Source of the DNA: Methylotenera sp.
Lineage (GTDB): Bacteria; Pseudomonadota; Gammaproteobacteria; Burkholderiales; Methylophilaceae
Length of the DNA stretch: 43,903 nt
Assembly: GCA_043735225.1 (NCBI GenBank)
Contig: JAYTEL010000054.1
Location: 1-43,903 of the forward strand
Reading direction: 5' to 3'
In this document: piece by piece, positions 1-10,300 of the stretch
Numbering within the stretch: position 1 is the stretch's first letter
Layout of the letters: each line of letters opens with the position of its first letter
Made by a program: the position numbers and the translations under genes
Notes under the pieces: model-generated
Told to the model about the DNA's origin: nothing
Databases searched by the model: none
Seen by the model: only the letters and a program-made list of their open reading frames with translations

Positions 1-1512
1 AGCGGTGAAAGCGCCGTCGATGAGTCGATGCTCACCGGTGAACCGATCCCGGTGGCAAAACGCCCGCCTGACAAATTGATCGGCGCCACGATTAACGCCT
101 ATGGGGCGCTGACCATGCGGGCAGAACGTGTCGGCGCCGAAACCATGTTGTCGCAAATCGTTCGCATGGTGGTGCAGGCGCAACGCTCGCGTGCGCCAAT
201 GCAGCGCATGGCCGACCGCGTCGCGGGCTGGTTCGTATTGGCAGTGATTGCAATTGCACTGCTGACTTTTTTCGCATGGGGCCTATTCGGACCTCAGCCA
301 AGCTGGGTGTTTGGCACGCTCAACGCCCTTGCCGTGCTGATCATCGCCTGCCCTTGCGCGCTGGGATTGGCTACGCCGATGTCGATCATGGTCGCGACGG
401 GTAAAGCGGCGACCCAGGGCATTTTGTTTCGCGATGCGGCGGCTATAGAGACCTTCCGACAGATCGATACCTTGGTGGTCGACAAAACCGGCACACTCAC
501 CGAAGGCAAGCCCAGCTTCGATCGCATCGTGCCGGCAGCGGGTTGGGACGAAGCCGCGGTACTGAAAATCGCAGCGAGTCTGGATCAAGGCTCGGAGCAT
601 CCGCTGGCCGCAGCCATCGTCGCCGAAGCGCGCCGCCGCGGACAAACGCTCGACCCGCCCGAGCAGTTTGAAGCGGCGAGCGGTATCGGTGTGCGAGGCG
701 TCCTGTTGGCTCGGCGTATCGCGCTCGGTAACACCGCGTTGATGGACGAGGAACGGGTGGCGTGGCAAGCCCTGTCGGCGGCGACGGAGGCGCTGCGGCA
801 GAGCGGCGCCAGTGTGATGTATCTGGCGGTTGATACGCAACTCGCCGGTATTATTGCGGTGTCAGACCCGATCAAGGCCACTACGGCGGAGGCGCTTGCT
901 CAGCTTCGAGCGGCCGACGTGCGAGTCGTAATGGCCACCGGGGATGGTTGGACCACGGCGCGCTCAGTGGCAGCGACACTGGGCATCGGCGAGGTCTTTG
1001 GTGAAATCAAACCCGCCGACAAGGTGGCGTTGGTCAAGCGGCTGCAGTCCGAAGGCCGCAGGGTGGCAATGGCGGGCGACGGCATTAACGATGCGCCTGC
1101 CTTAGCCAAAGCCAATGTGGGCATTGCCATGGGTACTGGCACTGATGTGGCCATTAATAGCGCGCAAGTGACGCTGGTGAAAGGTGATTTGCGCGGTATT
1201 GCTTTGGCGCGGAGCATTTCCACCGACACCGTTGCCAATATGAAGCAAAATTTAGGTTTTGCTTTTGTGTATAACGCGCTTGGCATACCACTGGCAGCAG
1301 GCCTATTGTATCCGTTTACAGGTTGGTTATTGTCACCTATGATTGCCGCGCTTGCCATGAGTTTAAGCTCAGTTTCGGTGATTACTAATGCCTTACGATT
1401 GCGCAGTTTTAAGCATAAAAATGTTTTAAATCAGCAACGTAATGTAACAGTTAAAAATCCTGACAAAATATTAACTACGCTACCCACATTTAAAAACAAC
1501 GCAAAAAACTAA
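1..1512 (+). CDS. copA: Cu(I)/Ag(I)-translocating P1B-type ATPase, 5'-truncated by the window edge
   Basis: The frame is open from base 1 ([15 protein letters not shown]). Motifs: [37 protein letters not shown] and MSLSS, the last two typical of P1B-1 Cu+ ATPases. Confidence 0.93.
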   Translation, partial: SGESAVDESMLTGEPIPVAKRPPDKLIGATINAYGALTMRAERVGAETMLSQIVRMVVQAQRSRAPMQRMADRVAGWFVLAVIAIALLTFFAWGLFGPQPSWVFGTLNALAVLIIACPCALGLATPMSIMVATGKAATQGILFRDAAAIETFRQIDTLVVDKTGTLTEGKPSFDRIVPAAGWDEAAVLKIAASLDQGSEHPLAAAIVAEARRRGQTLDPPEQFEAASGIGVRGVLLARRIALGNTALMDEERVAWQALSAATEALRQSGASVMYLAVDTQLAGIIAVSDPIKATTAEALAQLRAADVRVVMATGDGWTTARSVAATLGIGEVFGEIKPADKVALVKRLQSEGRRVAMAGDGINDAPALAKANVGIAMGTGTDVAINSAQVTLVKGDLRGIALARSISTDTVANMKQNLGFAFVYNALGIPLAAGLLYPFTGWLLSPMIAALAMSLSSVSVITNALRLRSFKHKNVLNQQRNVTVKNPDKILTTLPTFKNNAKN

Positions 1513-1638
1513 GCAGCAAAATTGACAGCTGGTAGACGATATTTTTTTAATGATTAACTTTCAAATGATTCACTTTTGCACTACTAACTTTTATAAAACT
1601 GGCTTTTAAAATTACAACTAGACAAACTTATATTAAAC

Positions 1639-3300
1639 ATGAACGAATTTGAGCTTAAATTTGAAATATCTGCGCAAAGTTTGCCAAAAATTGTGGCGGC
1701 CGTGCATGCCAAAAAAGCGCAATTGCAACTATTGCAAGCCTTTTATTTTGATACCATCGATGGCGCTTTAGCCAAAAATGGCCTAACGCTACGCATGCGA
1801 AAAGAAGGTAATGACTGGGTGCAAACCGCAAAAGGGTTAACTAGTAATGCTCTGGATAGGCTTGAACACAATGTTGAAATTGGGTCACTTGCAACTAAAG
1901 TAGCCGAAACTAAAGTTTCAGGCCTTAATACTGCTAGCAATGCGGTTTTAAGCCACATGCCAAGCATTAATGTACTGCGCCACAAAGATGAAAAAGTTGG
2001 CAAATTGTTGATAAAAGCATTAAAAATAAAGCCCAATGGACCGATTCCTGCTTTGATTCTTTTATATGAAACCGACGTGCAGCGGCTTAAATTCATCGTA
2101 AAACAGGCAGGATCAGTAATCGAAATTGCGTTAGATCAAGGCATGGTAATAAGCGGCGGGCGTAGCGCTGCGCTGTGTGAGTTAGAAATAGAATTAAAAC
2201 AACTAGATTTAAAAGAAGGCGCGCCCGAACATGCCATTGCGCTTGCCCGCACTTGGTGCGCTAAATATGGGCTTTGGTTAAGCACGATTAATAAATCCAT
2301 GAAAGGCCAGCGCCTGCATGATGGTGTGCTGCCTAGCCAGTTTAAGCGTTCTATTTTAGAGGATAAGCCGAAGTTAAAACCGCATGCTAATGGCCAACAA
2401 ATGGTCAAAGCGGTTTTTGAATCGTGCTTAAATCAAATTTTGGCTAACGCCAGCGAAATAGCCAGTGGCACAGTGATTAACGATGAAAATCACAATCCAC
2501 ATGCCGAGCATATTCATCAATTGCGCGTGGGCATTAGGCGTTTACGCACCGCTATGCGAGAGCTTAGCCCATTGGTTGATGGTATAGATTCCGCATGGGA
2601 AAAGCCGCTGATTGATGTGTTTAGAAAATTGGGTGAAGCGCGCGACTATGATCATTTAAATCATGTATTACAGCCGCAAATATTGGCTGCAGGCGGCCCT
2701 GCGTTTAACGCTTACATCGGTGATGCCAAGCACATAGATGTCAGCGCGGCAGTACGTTCTAAAGCGTTTCAAGACACTTTACTGTGTTTAATTGCTTTTG
2801 TTAATAGCAGTTATTTAAATGTTTCTAGTTTAAATGATGCCGAAAATGTAGAAGACAACATAATAAACAATACTAAAAAAAATGATAGCCACAAAAAAGT
2901 GCGCAAAATATTGGCTAACCGATTAGATAAGTTGCATAAAAAAATAGTTAAAGAGGGCAAAAAATTTCTTAATTTGACAGAAACGCAACAACATAGCGTA
3001 CGCAAGCATTTTAAACGGCTGCGCTATTTGGCTGAGTTCTCAGCGCCGCAATTGTCAACACCAGCTGCTGATAAAAAGCGCATTTTAGCAGTTATTACCG
3101 CTTTAAAACCTGTGCAAGACGCACTGGGTTTTTATAACGATGAATTGATGGCATTGCAAACGTATCGCACATTGGCAGTTACAAAATCGCATGCTTGGTT
3201 TGGGGTTGGCTGGTTAAGCGCACGTCGCAAAAAAAACGCTAAAAAATGCCAACAAGAAATAGATATTTTTGTTAAAAAAACCTGTAAAAAAACAAAGTAA
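1639..3300 (+). CDS. CYTH and CHAD domain-containing protein (triphosphate tunnel metalloenzyme / polyphosphate-binding)
   Basis: N-terminal EFELKF (ExExK), YFDT, LRMR, QTAK and ELEIELK; C-terminal CHAD motifs HQLRVGIRRLR, LGEARD, HSVRKHFKRLRY and QDALGFYND. Confidence 0.9.
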   Translation: MNEFELKFEISAQSLPKIVAAVHAKKAQLQLLQAFYFDTIDGALAKNGLTLRMRKEGNDWVQTAKGLTSNALDRLEHNVEIGSLATKVAETKVSGLNTASNAVLSHMPSINVLRHKDEKVGKLLIKALKIKPNGPIPALILLYETDVQRLKFIVKQAGSVIEIALDQGMVISGGRSAALCELEIELKQLDLKEGAPEHAIALARTWCAKYGLWLSTINKSMKGQRLHDGVLPSQFKRSILEDKPKLKPHANGQQMVKAVFESCLNQILANASEIASGTVINDENHNPHAEHIHQLRVGIRRLRTAMRELSPLVDGIDSAWEKPLIDVFRKLGEARDYDHLNHVLQPQILAAGGPAFNAYIGDAKHIDVSAAVRSKAFQDTLLCLIAFVNSSYLNVSSLNDAENVEDNIINNTKKNDSHKKVRKILANRLDKLHKKIVKEGKKFLNLTETQQHSVRKHFKRLRYLAEFSAPQLSTPAADKKRILAVITALKPVQDALGFYNDELMALQTYRTLAVTKSHAWFGVGWLSARRKKNAKKCQQEIDIFVKKTCKKTK

Positions 3301-3388
3301 GCCTAGGCCTACAAAAATTTAAGTTAACGACTGATTATTACTATTGGTCGTAAAAAGCATGATGTTACTTCTAACAAAAGGATTTAAC

Positions 3389-4189
3389 ATGAATATGCTT
3401 GCCGACACAGGAAACGCAATTTTTACCAACAAACAACCGCCAACGCAATATTTGGATAGCAGTTGTTTGGTTGACCATCAGTATTTACCACAACAAAACC
3501 ATTTATTAGCATCTATCAGCCAAAGTGAGTGGGAAAAACTTGAGCCAGATTTGGAAGAGGTAGATTTTTCGCTTAATCAAGTACTGTGCGAGGCTGGTAA
3601 AACACCTGCTTTTATGTACTTTCCCACCACTGCTATTGTGTCTTTATTATATATGACAGAAAACGGCGCATCGTCAGAAGTTGCAGTAGTAGGTAATGAC
3701 GGCGCAGTTGGCATGTCTTTATTTTTTTCTGGCAGCAATTCACCTAACCAAGCTTTAGTGCAAACTGCTGGTAAAGGTTACAGGATGCGCGCCCAAGCAG
3801 CCAAAAATGCGATTAATCGCCACGGCGCGATGTTAAATATTTTGCTGCGCTATTCACAAGCCATGATTACGCAAGTCACGCAAACGGCTGTGTGTAATCG
3901 CCATCACACGATTGACCAGCAATTATGCCGCAGGCTTTTATTAAGCTTAGATAGATTATCATCTAATCAAGTAGCTATTACGCAAGAAATGCTAGCGGGT
4001 ATGCTGGGTGTGCGGCGTGAAAGCGTAACCGATGCAGCTTTAAAATTACAAAGCGCAGGCATAATCAATTATAAGCGCGGTTTGATTACGGTGCTTGACC
4101 GAAATGGACTAGAAAACCGTAGCTGCGAATGCTATAAAATCACTAAAAATGAGCAAATACGCTTGCAAACCATGTCGCTTAATTCGTAA
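3389..4189 (+). CDS. Crp/Fnr family transcriptional regulator
   Basis: cNMP-binding-like domain (YFPTTAIVSLL, EVAVVGNDG) and C-terminal HTH (TQEMLAGMLGVRRESVT) ending in CECY. ATG 3389 is chosen because it follows AAGGA; the ORF track starts at 3344. Confidence 0.9.
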   Translation: MNMLADTGNAIFTNKQPPTQYLDSSCLVDHQYLPQQNHLLASISQSEWEKLEPDLEEVDFSLNQVLCEAGKTPAFMYFPTTAIVSLLYMTENGASSEVAVVGNDGAVGMSLFFSGSNSPNQALVQTAGKGYRMRAQAAKNAINRHGAMLNILLRYSQAMITQVTQTAVCNRHHTIDQQLCRRLLLSLDRLSSNQVAITQEMLAGMLGVRRESVTDAALKLQSAGIINYKRGLITVLDRNGLENRSCECYKITKNEQIRLQTMSLNS

Positions 4190-4238
4190 ATTATACTAGC
4201 ATTAAATTTGAGTTAATTAAGCCTGCCAAGGTTCGTTA

Positions 4239-4254
4239 TGTGCGCTAGCGAACA
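4239..4254. promoter_or_regulatory. Putative Crp-family operator palindrome TGTGCGCTAGCGAACA upstream of the glucan synthase
   Basis: 16-bp near-perfect palindrome with TGT-N10-ACA geometry, intergenic between the Crp gene and the glucan synthase. Confidence 0.6.
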
Positions 4255-4384
4255 GTCGAATGGATGAAAATAATGTAATTGTATTACTGTCACTTTCAGC
4301 CCTTTTATCTGCCCTTTTGGAGACAATCTTTTAATGGCTTGTAAGTAATTGAAAAATGTTTTTTTATTCATTTGATTGAAGGTA

Positions 4385-7300
4385 ATGATCGACATTAATC
4401 TTGCGCCGTTGCAACAACTATTGCACATTTTTCGTCCGCCTGCGGCAAAAGAGCTCGATTCTAGCCTGCTACGCGCAGAGCTATTAAGTATTGAACAGCT
4501 TAAAAGCCATGCTGTTAAACTGGCAAAGCGACATCAAATAGACACAAGTATTAGGCCAGATAAATTATTGGCTAGGCTTGCCGATAACGAGCGCGTAATA
4601 AAAAGTGCTTATCAACTAATCACCACATCAAGCTTAATTAATCGTGAAACCAATCACAAAATCTCTCCTGCAGAAAATTGGCTGCTTGATAATTATTACC
4701 TGATTGAACAGCAGTTTACCTTAGCAAGGCGGCATTTACCGCGTGGTTATAGCAGGCAATTGCCCAAAATTGTTGACGGCGCAAATGACGGTTATCCGCG
4801 CATATACGATTTAGCACTGACGTTAATATCACACATGGATGGCCGCATTGATAACGACAATGCCAGCCAATTTATTGTGGCTTATCAATCAGTCGAACCG
4901 CTGATGCTGGGTGAGTTATGGGCTTTTCCGATTATGTTGCAGTTGGCATTATTAGAAAACTTGCGCCGCATATCGGTGCGCATAGCCAATAGGCGAGAAG
5001 AGCAAGAAACGGCGATTATTTGGGCAGACAGAATGTTAGTAGCCACTGAGAACGAACCCAAACAATTGATTCAGTTATTGGCCAAATTTGCCAATGCTGA
5101 CATATCGTTAACTGCACCTTTTGTAGAGGAGTTTTACGCGCGTTTGCAAGACCAAGGCGCCTCGATGGCTTTTGTACAAACTTGGGTAGAGCAGCAATTA
5201 TTATTACAAAATATAACGGCAACCAGATTATTAGAGCTAGCTAGTCGCACCGCCGCTGCAAATCAAATTTCTATTGCCAATAGCGTGGGCAGCTTAAGAG
5301 TCATAGCCGCAATAGATTGGCGCAATTTTGTTGAGGACTTTAGCGCGGTTGAACAAATATTAAAACTAGACCCAGCAGCAGAGTACGAACTTCAAGACTT
5401 TGCTACGCGCGATCAATATCGGCATGCAATTGAAGATATTGCCTGTTTATCTAGCCCAAAAATGTTTAAGCAAAAAGCAGAACCCTCTGATAACCACTGC
5501 GCGCAATATGAAATTAAAGCCGCGCAAATTGCAATTGATTGTGCTAAGGCTGCCAGCAATCAATTAGGAAAACAGCATTATCAAGCGCACGTAGGTTACT
5601 ACTTAATTGATGAAGGCGTTTACGCAATAAAAACCCAGCTTAACTGCCACGACAATATGCTGTGTAAATTTAAGCGACTTTGCAAACCGCTGCGCTTGGC
5701 CTTGTATGCCAGTGAAATAGTAGTAATAGCAAGCTTGTTTACCGTTGATGTTTTATTGTTGTTAAAACCACTTACTTTAGGTTATTGGTTTAATTGGATT
5801 TTTGGGCTATTAACATTTTTTGCAAGCCTTGGTTTGGCGATTTCAGTCGTCAATTTAATTGTTACGCAAACTTTTCGGCCGCGCCGTTTAGCAAGGCTAG
5901 ATTTCTCAAAAGGCATTCCAGAAGCCCATCGAACCATGGTTGTTGTGCCAACTTTAATCGGTAGCGTAGCCGAAATTGACAATTTATTAGAGTCCTTGGA
6001 AATTCGCTATTTAGGCAACCAAGACCGCAATTTATTTTTTGCTTTATTAACTGATTTTAGAGATGCGCAATCGCGCACGATGTTGGATGATGCTGCATTG
6101 ATAGCGCATGCGCGCGCGGGTATTGCCGCTTTAAATACAACTTATCAACTTGATAGGCCGTGTATTTTTTATCTGTTTCATCGTCAGCGCGAGTGGAATG
6201 AAATTGACCAAATATGGATGGGTTACGAGCGTAAACGCGGAAAATTAGAACAATTTAATACGCTGCTGCGCGACGGCGATATGGATAGTGTTAACCGCAA
6301 TGCATTTAGCGATATTGTTGGTGACCAAACACTGTTAGATACGTTTAAATATTTGATTACGCTGGATACCGATACACAATTGCCGCGAGATTCTGCTAAA
6401 GCGCTTATCGGTAATATGGCGCACTGCATTAATCGCCCGATTTTTGATGCAGACATTGGCCGCGTGACGCGTGGCTATGCCATTTTACAACCGCGCACTT
6501 CTATTGGCCTGGTTAGCGCAGCGCAAACAGTTTTTACTCAGCTTTTTGCGGGTGACTCTGGTATTGACCCCTACACGCGAGAAGTGTCAGACGTTTACCA
6601 AGATGTGTTTGCCGAAGGCTCATTTATTGGCAAAGGTATTTACGATATAGACGCGTTTAGGCTGGCGGTAGACGGGCGCTTTCCTGTTAACTTAATATTA
6701 AGCCATGATTTATTAGAAAGTGGCTATGCGCGTAGTGCCTTAGTCAGTGATGTTGATTTAATTGAAGAATTTCCAGCCAGTTATGCAGCTGATATTAGCC
6801 GTCGTCATCGCTGGGTGCGCGGCGATTGGCAGCTGCTTGGTTGGCTATTTCCGCGCGTGCGCTCTGCAGCAGGCAAGCTGCCAAACCCTTTAAGCGCGCT
6901 GACCAAATGGAAAATACTCGATAATTTACGGCGCAGTTTAGTGCCAATTGTATTAACAACTTTGTTAATTGCCAGCTGGATTGTGAATAATCATAAAAAT
7001 GATAGCAGTGCCATTAATGTGGCATGGTTGACGTTAATGACCGTATTACTGATTCTATTTTTAACGCCAATCTTAAACCTGCTAATAAATTTAGCTAAAA
7101 AATCCAAAGAAAGTACTTGGCTAACGCATGTTAAATTAGCCTCTCAAGCTTCATTAAATGCTTTTTTGTTGGCCATATTACAGCTGGTATTTTTGCCGTT
7201 TGAGGCAGCTGTCAATATTGACGCTATCATGCAATCGGCAGGCCGAATGCTGTTTACCAAACGCGGTTTATTGCAATGGCACTCGCCAAATTATGCAAAG

Positions 7301-10300
7301 CGCAATGCGCGTAAAACATTGACCGATTTTTTTGCAGAGATGTGGATTGCACCAGCCATTGTATTTATTTTAATTGTTTTTTTAGTGACTATGCAGTTGC
7401 TGGGTAGTCAATCAAAGGCTGGGTGGATGTCTGTATGGATTATGTGTATCCCAATCTTGTTTTTGTGGCTAGTTTCACCAATAGTTGCTTGGTTTATTAG
7501 CAAACCAATTGTATCTAAGCAGGCCGTTTTAACGGCCAACCAAATTGCTTTTTTACACGATAAGGCCAAGCTTACTTGGGATTATTTTGCACAATTTGTG
7601 CGCACTGACGATAACTGGCTGCCGCCTGACAATGTGCAAATGGTACCAACGACCACAATTGCATCGCGCACCTCGCCCACCAATATGGGCTTAGGCTTAT
7701 TAGCCAATTTGGCCGCTTACGATTTTGGCTATATTACCAAAATTGAGTTATTAAACTTAACTGAAAATACCGTGGCATCAATGGAAAAGTTAGCCCGTTA
7801 CAACGGTCATTTTTTTAATTGGTATGATACAAAGACGCTGCAAACATTAAATCCACAATATATATCATCGGTTGATAGTGGCAATTTATTGGGATGCCTC
7901 ATTACCCTTCAAGCGGGCTTGGTGGAGGTTAAAGATGCTTTTAATGCGCCATTAATTGACAGTTTAACCACCAGAATTGGCAAGCTAGCCGAGATGGATT
8001 TTAAATTTTTATATGATGAAAAAACCGATTTACTGAGCATTGGTTTTGATTTGGGCGAGCGACGGTTAGATCCGTCTTGCTACGATTTACTAGCGTCCGA
8101 AGCGCGTTTAGCCAGTTTTATTTTAATTGCAAACGGCCAACTGCCACAAAAACATTGGTTTACTTTGGGGCGCTTATTAACAAAAACCGGCGGTGAAACC
8201 AGTTTAATTTCATGGTCTGGATCCATGTTTGAATACTTAATGCCACAATTATTAATGCCCAGCTTTGATAATACTTTGCTCGCGCAAACCAATAAAGCGA
8301 TTGTGAAACAACAAATTAACTATGGGCAACAAAACAGCGTGCCTTGGGGTATTTCAGAATCTTGTTATAACGTGACCGATATTGCACAAGTGTATCAATA
8401 TCGCGCTTTTGGGGTACCAGGCTTAGGCTTTAAACGCGGTTTAAGTGACGATTTAGTGATTGCGCCTTATGCAACAGCGCTGGCTTTACTGGTGCTGCCA
8501 AACGAGGCTTGCAACAATTTACAAGTATTGGCTGACTATGGTTTTGTTGGGCAATACGGCTTTTACGAGGCCATTGATTACACGCAAAATCGTCTGCCGC
8601 GCGGTAAAAAACAGGTCGTAGTGCAAAGTTTTATGGCGCACCATCAAGGCATGAGTTTGCTTGCATTTGCCGATGTATTGCTAGATAAGCCCATGCAGCG
8701 GCGGTTTATGGCTGCGCCATATATAAAAGCCACCGAATTGCTGCTGCAAGAACGCGTACCTAAATTAGGCGGTACGCTGCAACCCAATGTTGCCGAATCT
8801 TTAGATAATAAAGCAAATGATGACGACACCGTAGGTTTGATGCGCGTATTTACCAGCCACAACACGCCAATACCTGAGGTACATTTGTTGTCAAATGGAC
8901 GCTATCATGTAATGGTAACCAACGCTGGCGGCGGGTACAGTCATTGGCATGATATCAATGTAACGCGCTGGCGCGAGGATGCCACGCAAGATAATTGGGG
9001 CAGCTTTATTTACCTGCGCGATATGGAGTCGCAGCGGCTTTGGTCTGCAGCGCATCAACCAACCTTACGCCAAGCCGATCATTATGAAGCGGTATTTACC
9101 CAAGCGCGGGCAGAATATCGCCGCCGCGATCAGTTAATAGAAACGCATACCGAAATAAGCGTTTCCCCCGAAGATGATGTGGAAGTTAGGCGCGTCACCT
9201 TAACTAATTTATCTAATAAAGTGCGTTATATAGAAATTACCAGTTACGCAGAAGTCGTTTTAGCGCCGCAAAATACCGATTTAGCACACCGCGCTTTTAG
9301 CAATTTATTTGTGCAAACCGAAATTCTGCCAGATAAAAACGCCATTATTTGCACCAGACGCCCGCGCACAAAAGGCGAGCGCGTGCCTTGGATGTTTCAC
9401 TTAATTGCTGCGCCTAGTATAGATTCTGAAGCGCCAAGTTTTGAAACCGACCGCGCCAAGTTTATTGGCCGCGGCCGCACAGCGGCCAACCCTCAAGTTT
9501 TTGATACTATTGAAACTAATTTAAAAGCGGGCGGTAGTTTACTAGGTCAAAATAGTTTATTGGGGCAAGGTAGTTTATTAAATCAAGTTTCTTCACAAAT
9601 TTCCGATCAATTATTTGGTAAGCAAGCGATTAAATCTAAAAATCAGCCTTTATCCAATACACAAGGCTCTGTGCTAGACCCGATTGCAGCCATTAGGCGT
9701 AGCCTGACATTGGCAACAGACCGTGCAACTAGCATTCAAATTATCACTGGCGTTGCTAATTCACGCGAGGCCGTGATTGCTTTAATTGATAAATATAATG
9801 ATAAGCATTTTGTAGAACGCGCGTTTGATATGGCGTGGTTTCAAAGCCAAGAAGTGCTGCGCATGCTAAATGCCAACGAATCGGAAGCGCAAGTGTTTGG
9901 GCGCTTGGCGAGTTCTGTTATTTATTGTAATGCCTTGCGCCGCGCCGCGCCCAGCGTGATTGCCCGCAATAATCAAGGCCAATCTGGTTTATGGCGATTT
10001 GGTATTTCTGGTGATTTGCCAATAGTGCTGATTAGAATTGCCGATGTTGGCCGCATTAGTTTAGTGAAGCAGTTGCTGCAAGCACACACTTATTGGCGTA
10101 TGAACGGACTAATTGTTGATTTAGTCATTATTAACGAAGATTTTTCAGGTTATCGCGCAGCGCTACATGATTCGATTGTTAGCTTAATTAACGCAGGGCC
10201 AGAAGCGCAAACGCTTGATAAGCCGGGCGGCGTGTTTATTCGGCGCACAGATGAGCTTTCTGAAGAAGCCAGAGTACTTTTTCAAGCAGTGGCGCGCATT

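Noticed and set aside
92-1358. Several long antisense ORFs over copA, and similar ones over other genes
   Set aside because: These are shadow ORFs of well-supported genes, favoured by high GC or codon bias, with no recognisable motifs.
1405-1512. AT-rich C-terminal extension of CopA
   Set aside because: There is no metal-binding motif; probably a drifted stop codon.
4213-4428. 71-aa minus-strand ORF between Crp and the glucan synthase
   Set aside because: It overlaps the synthase start and the putative operator, and has no motif or clear RBS.
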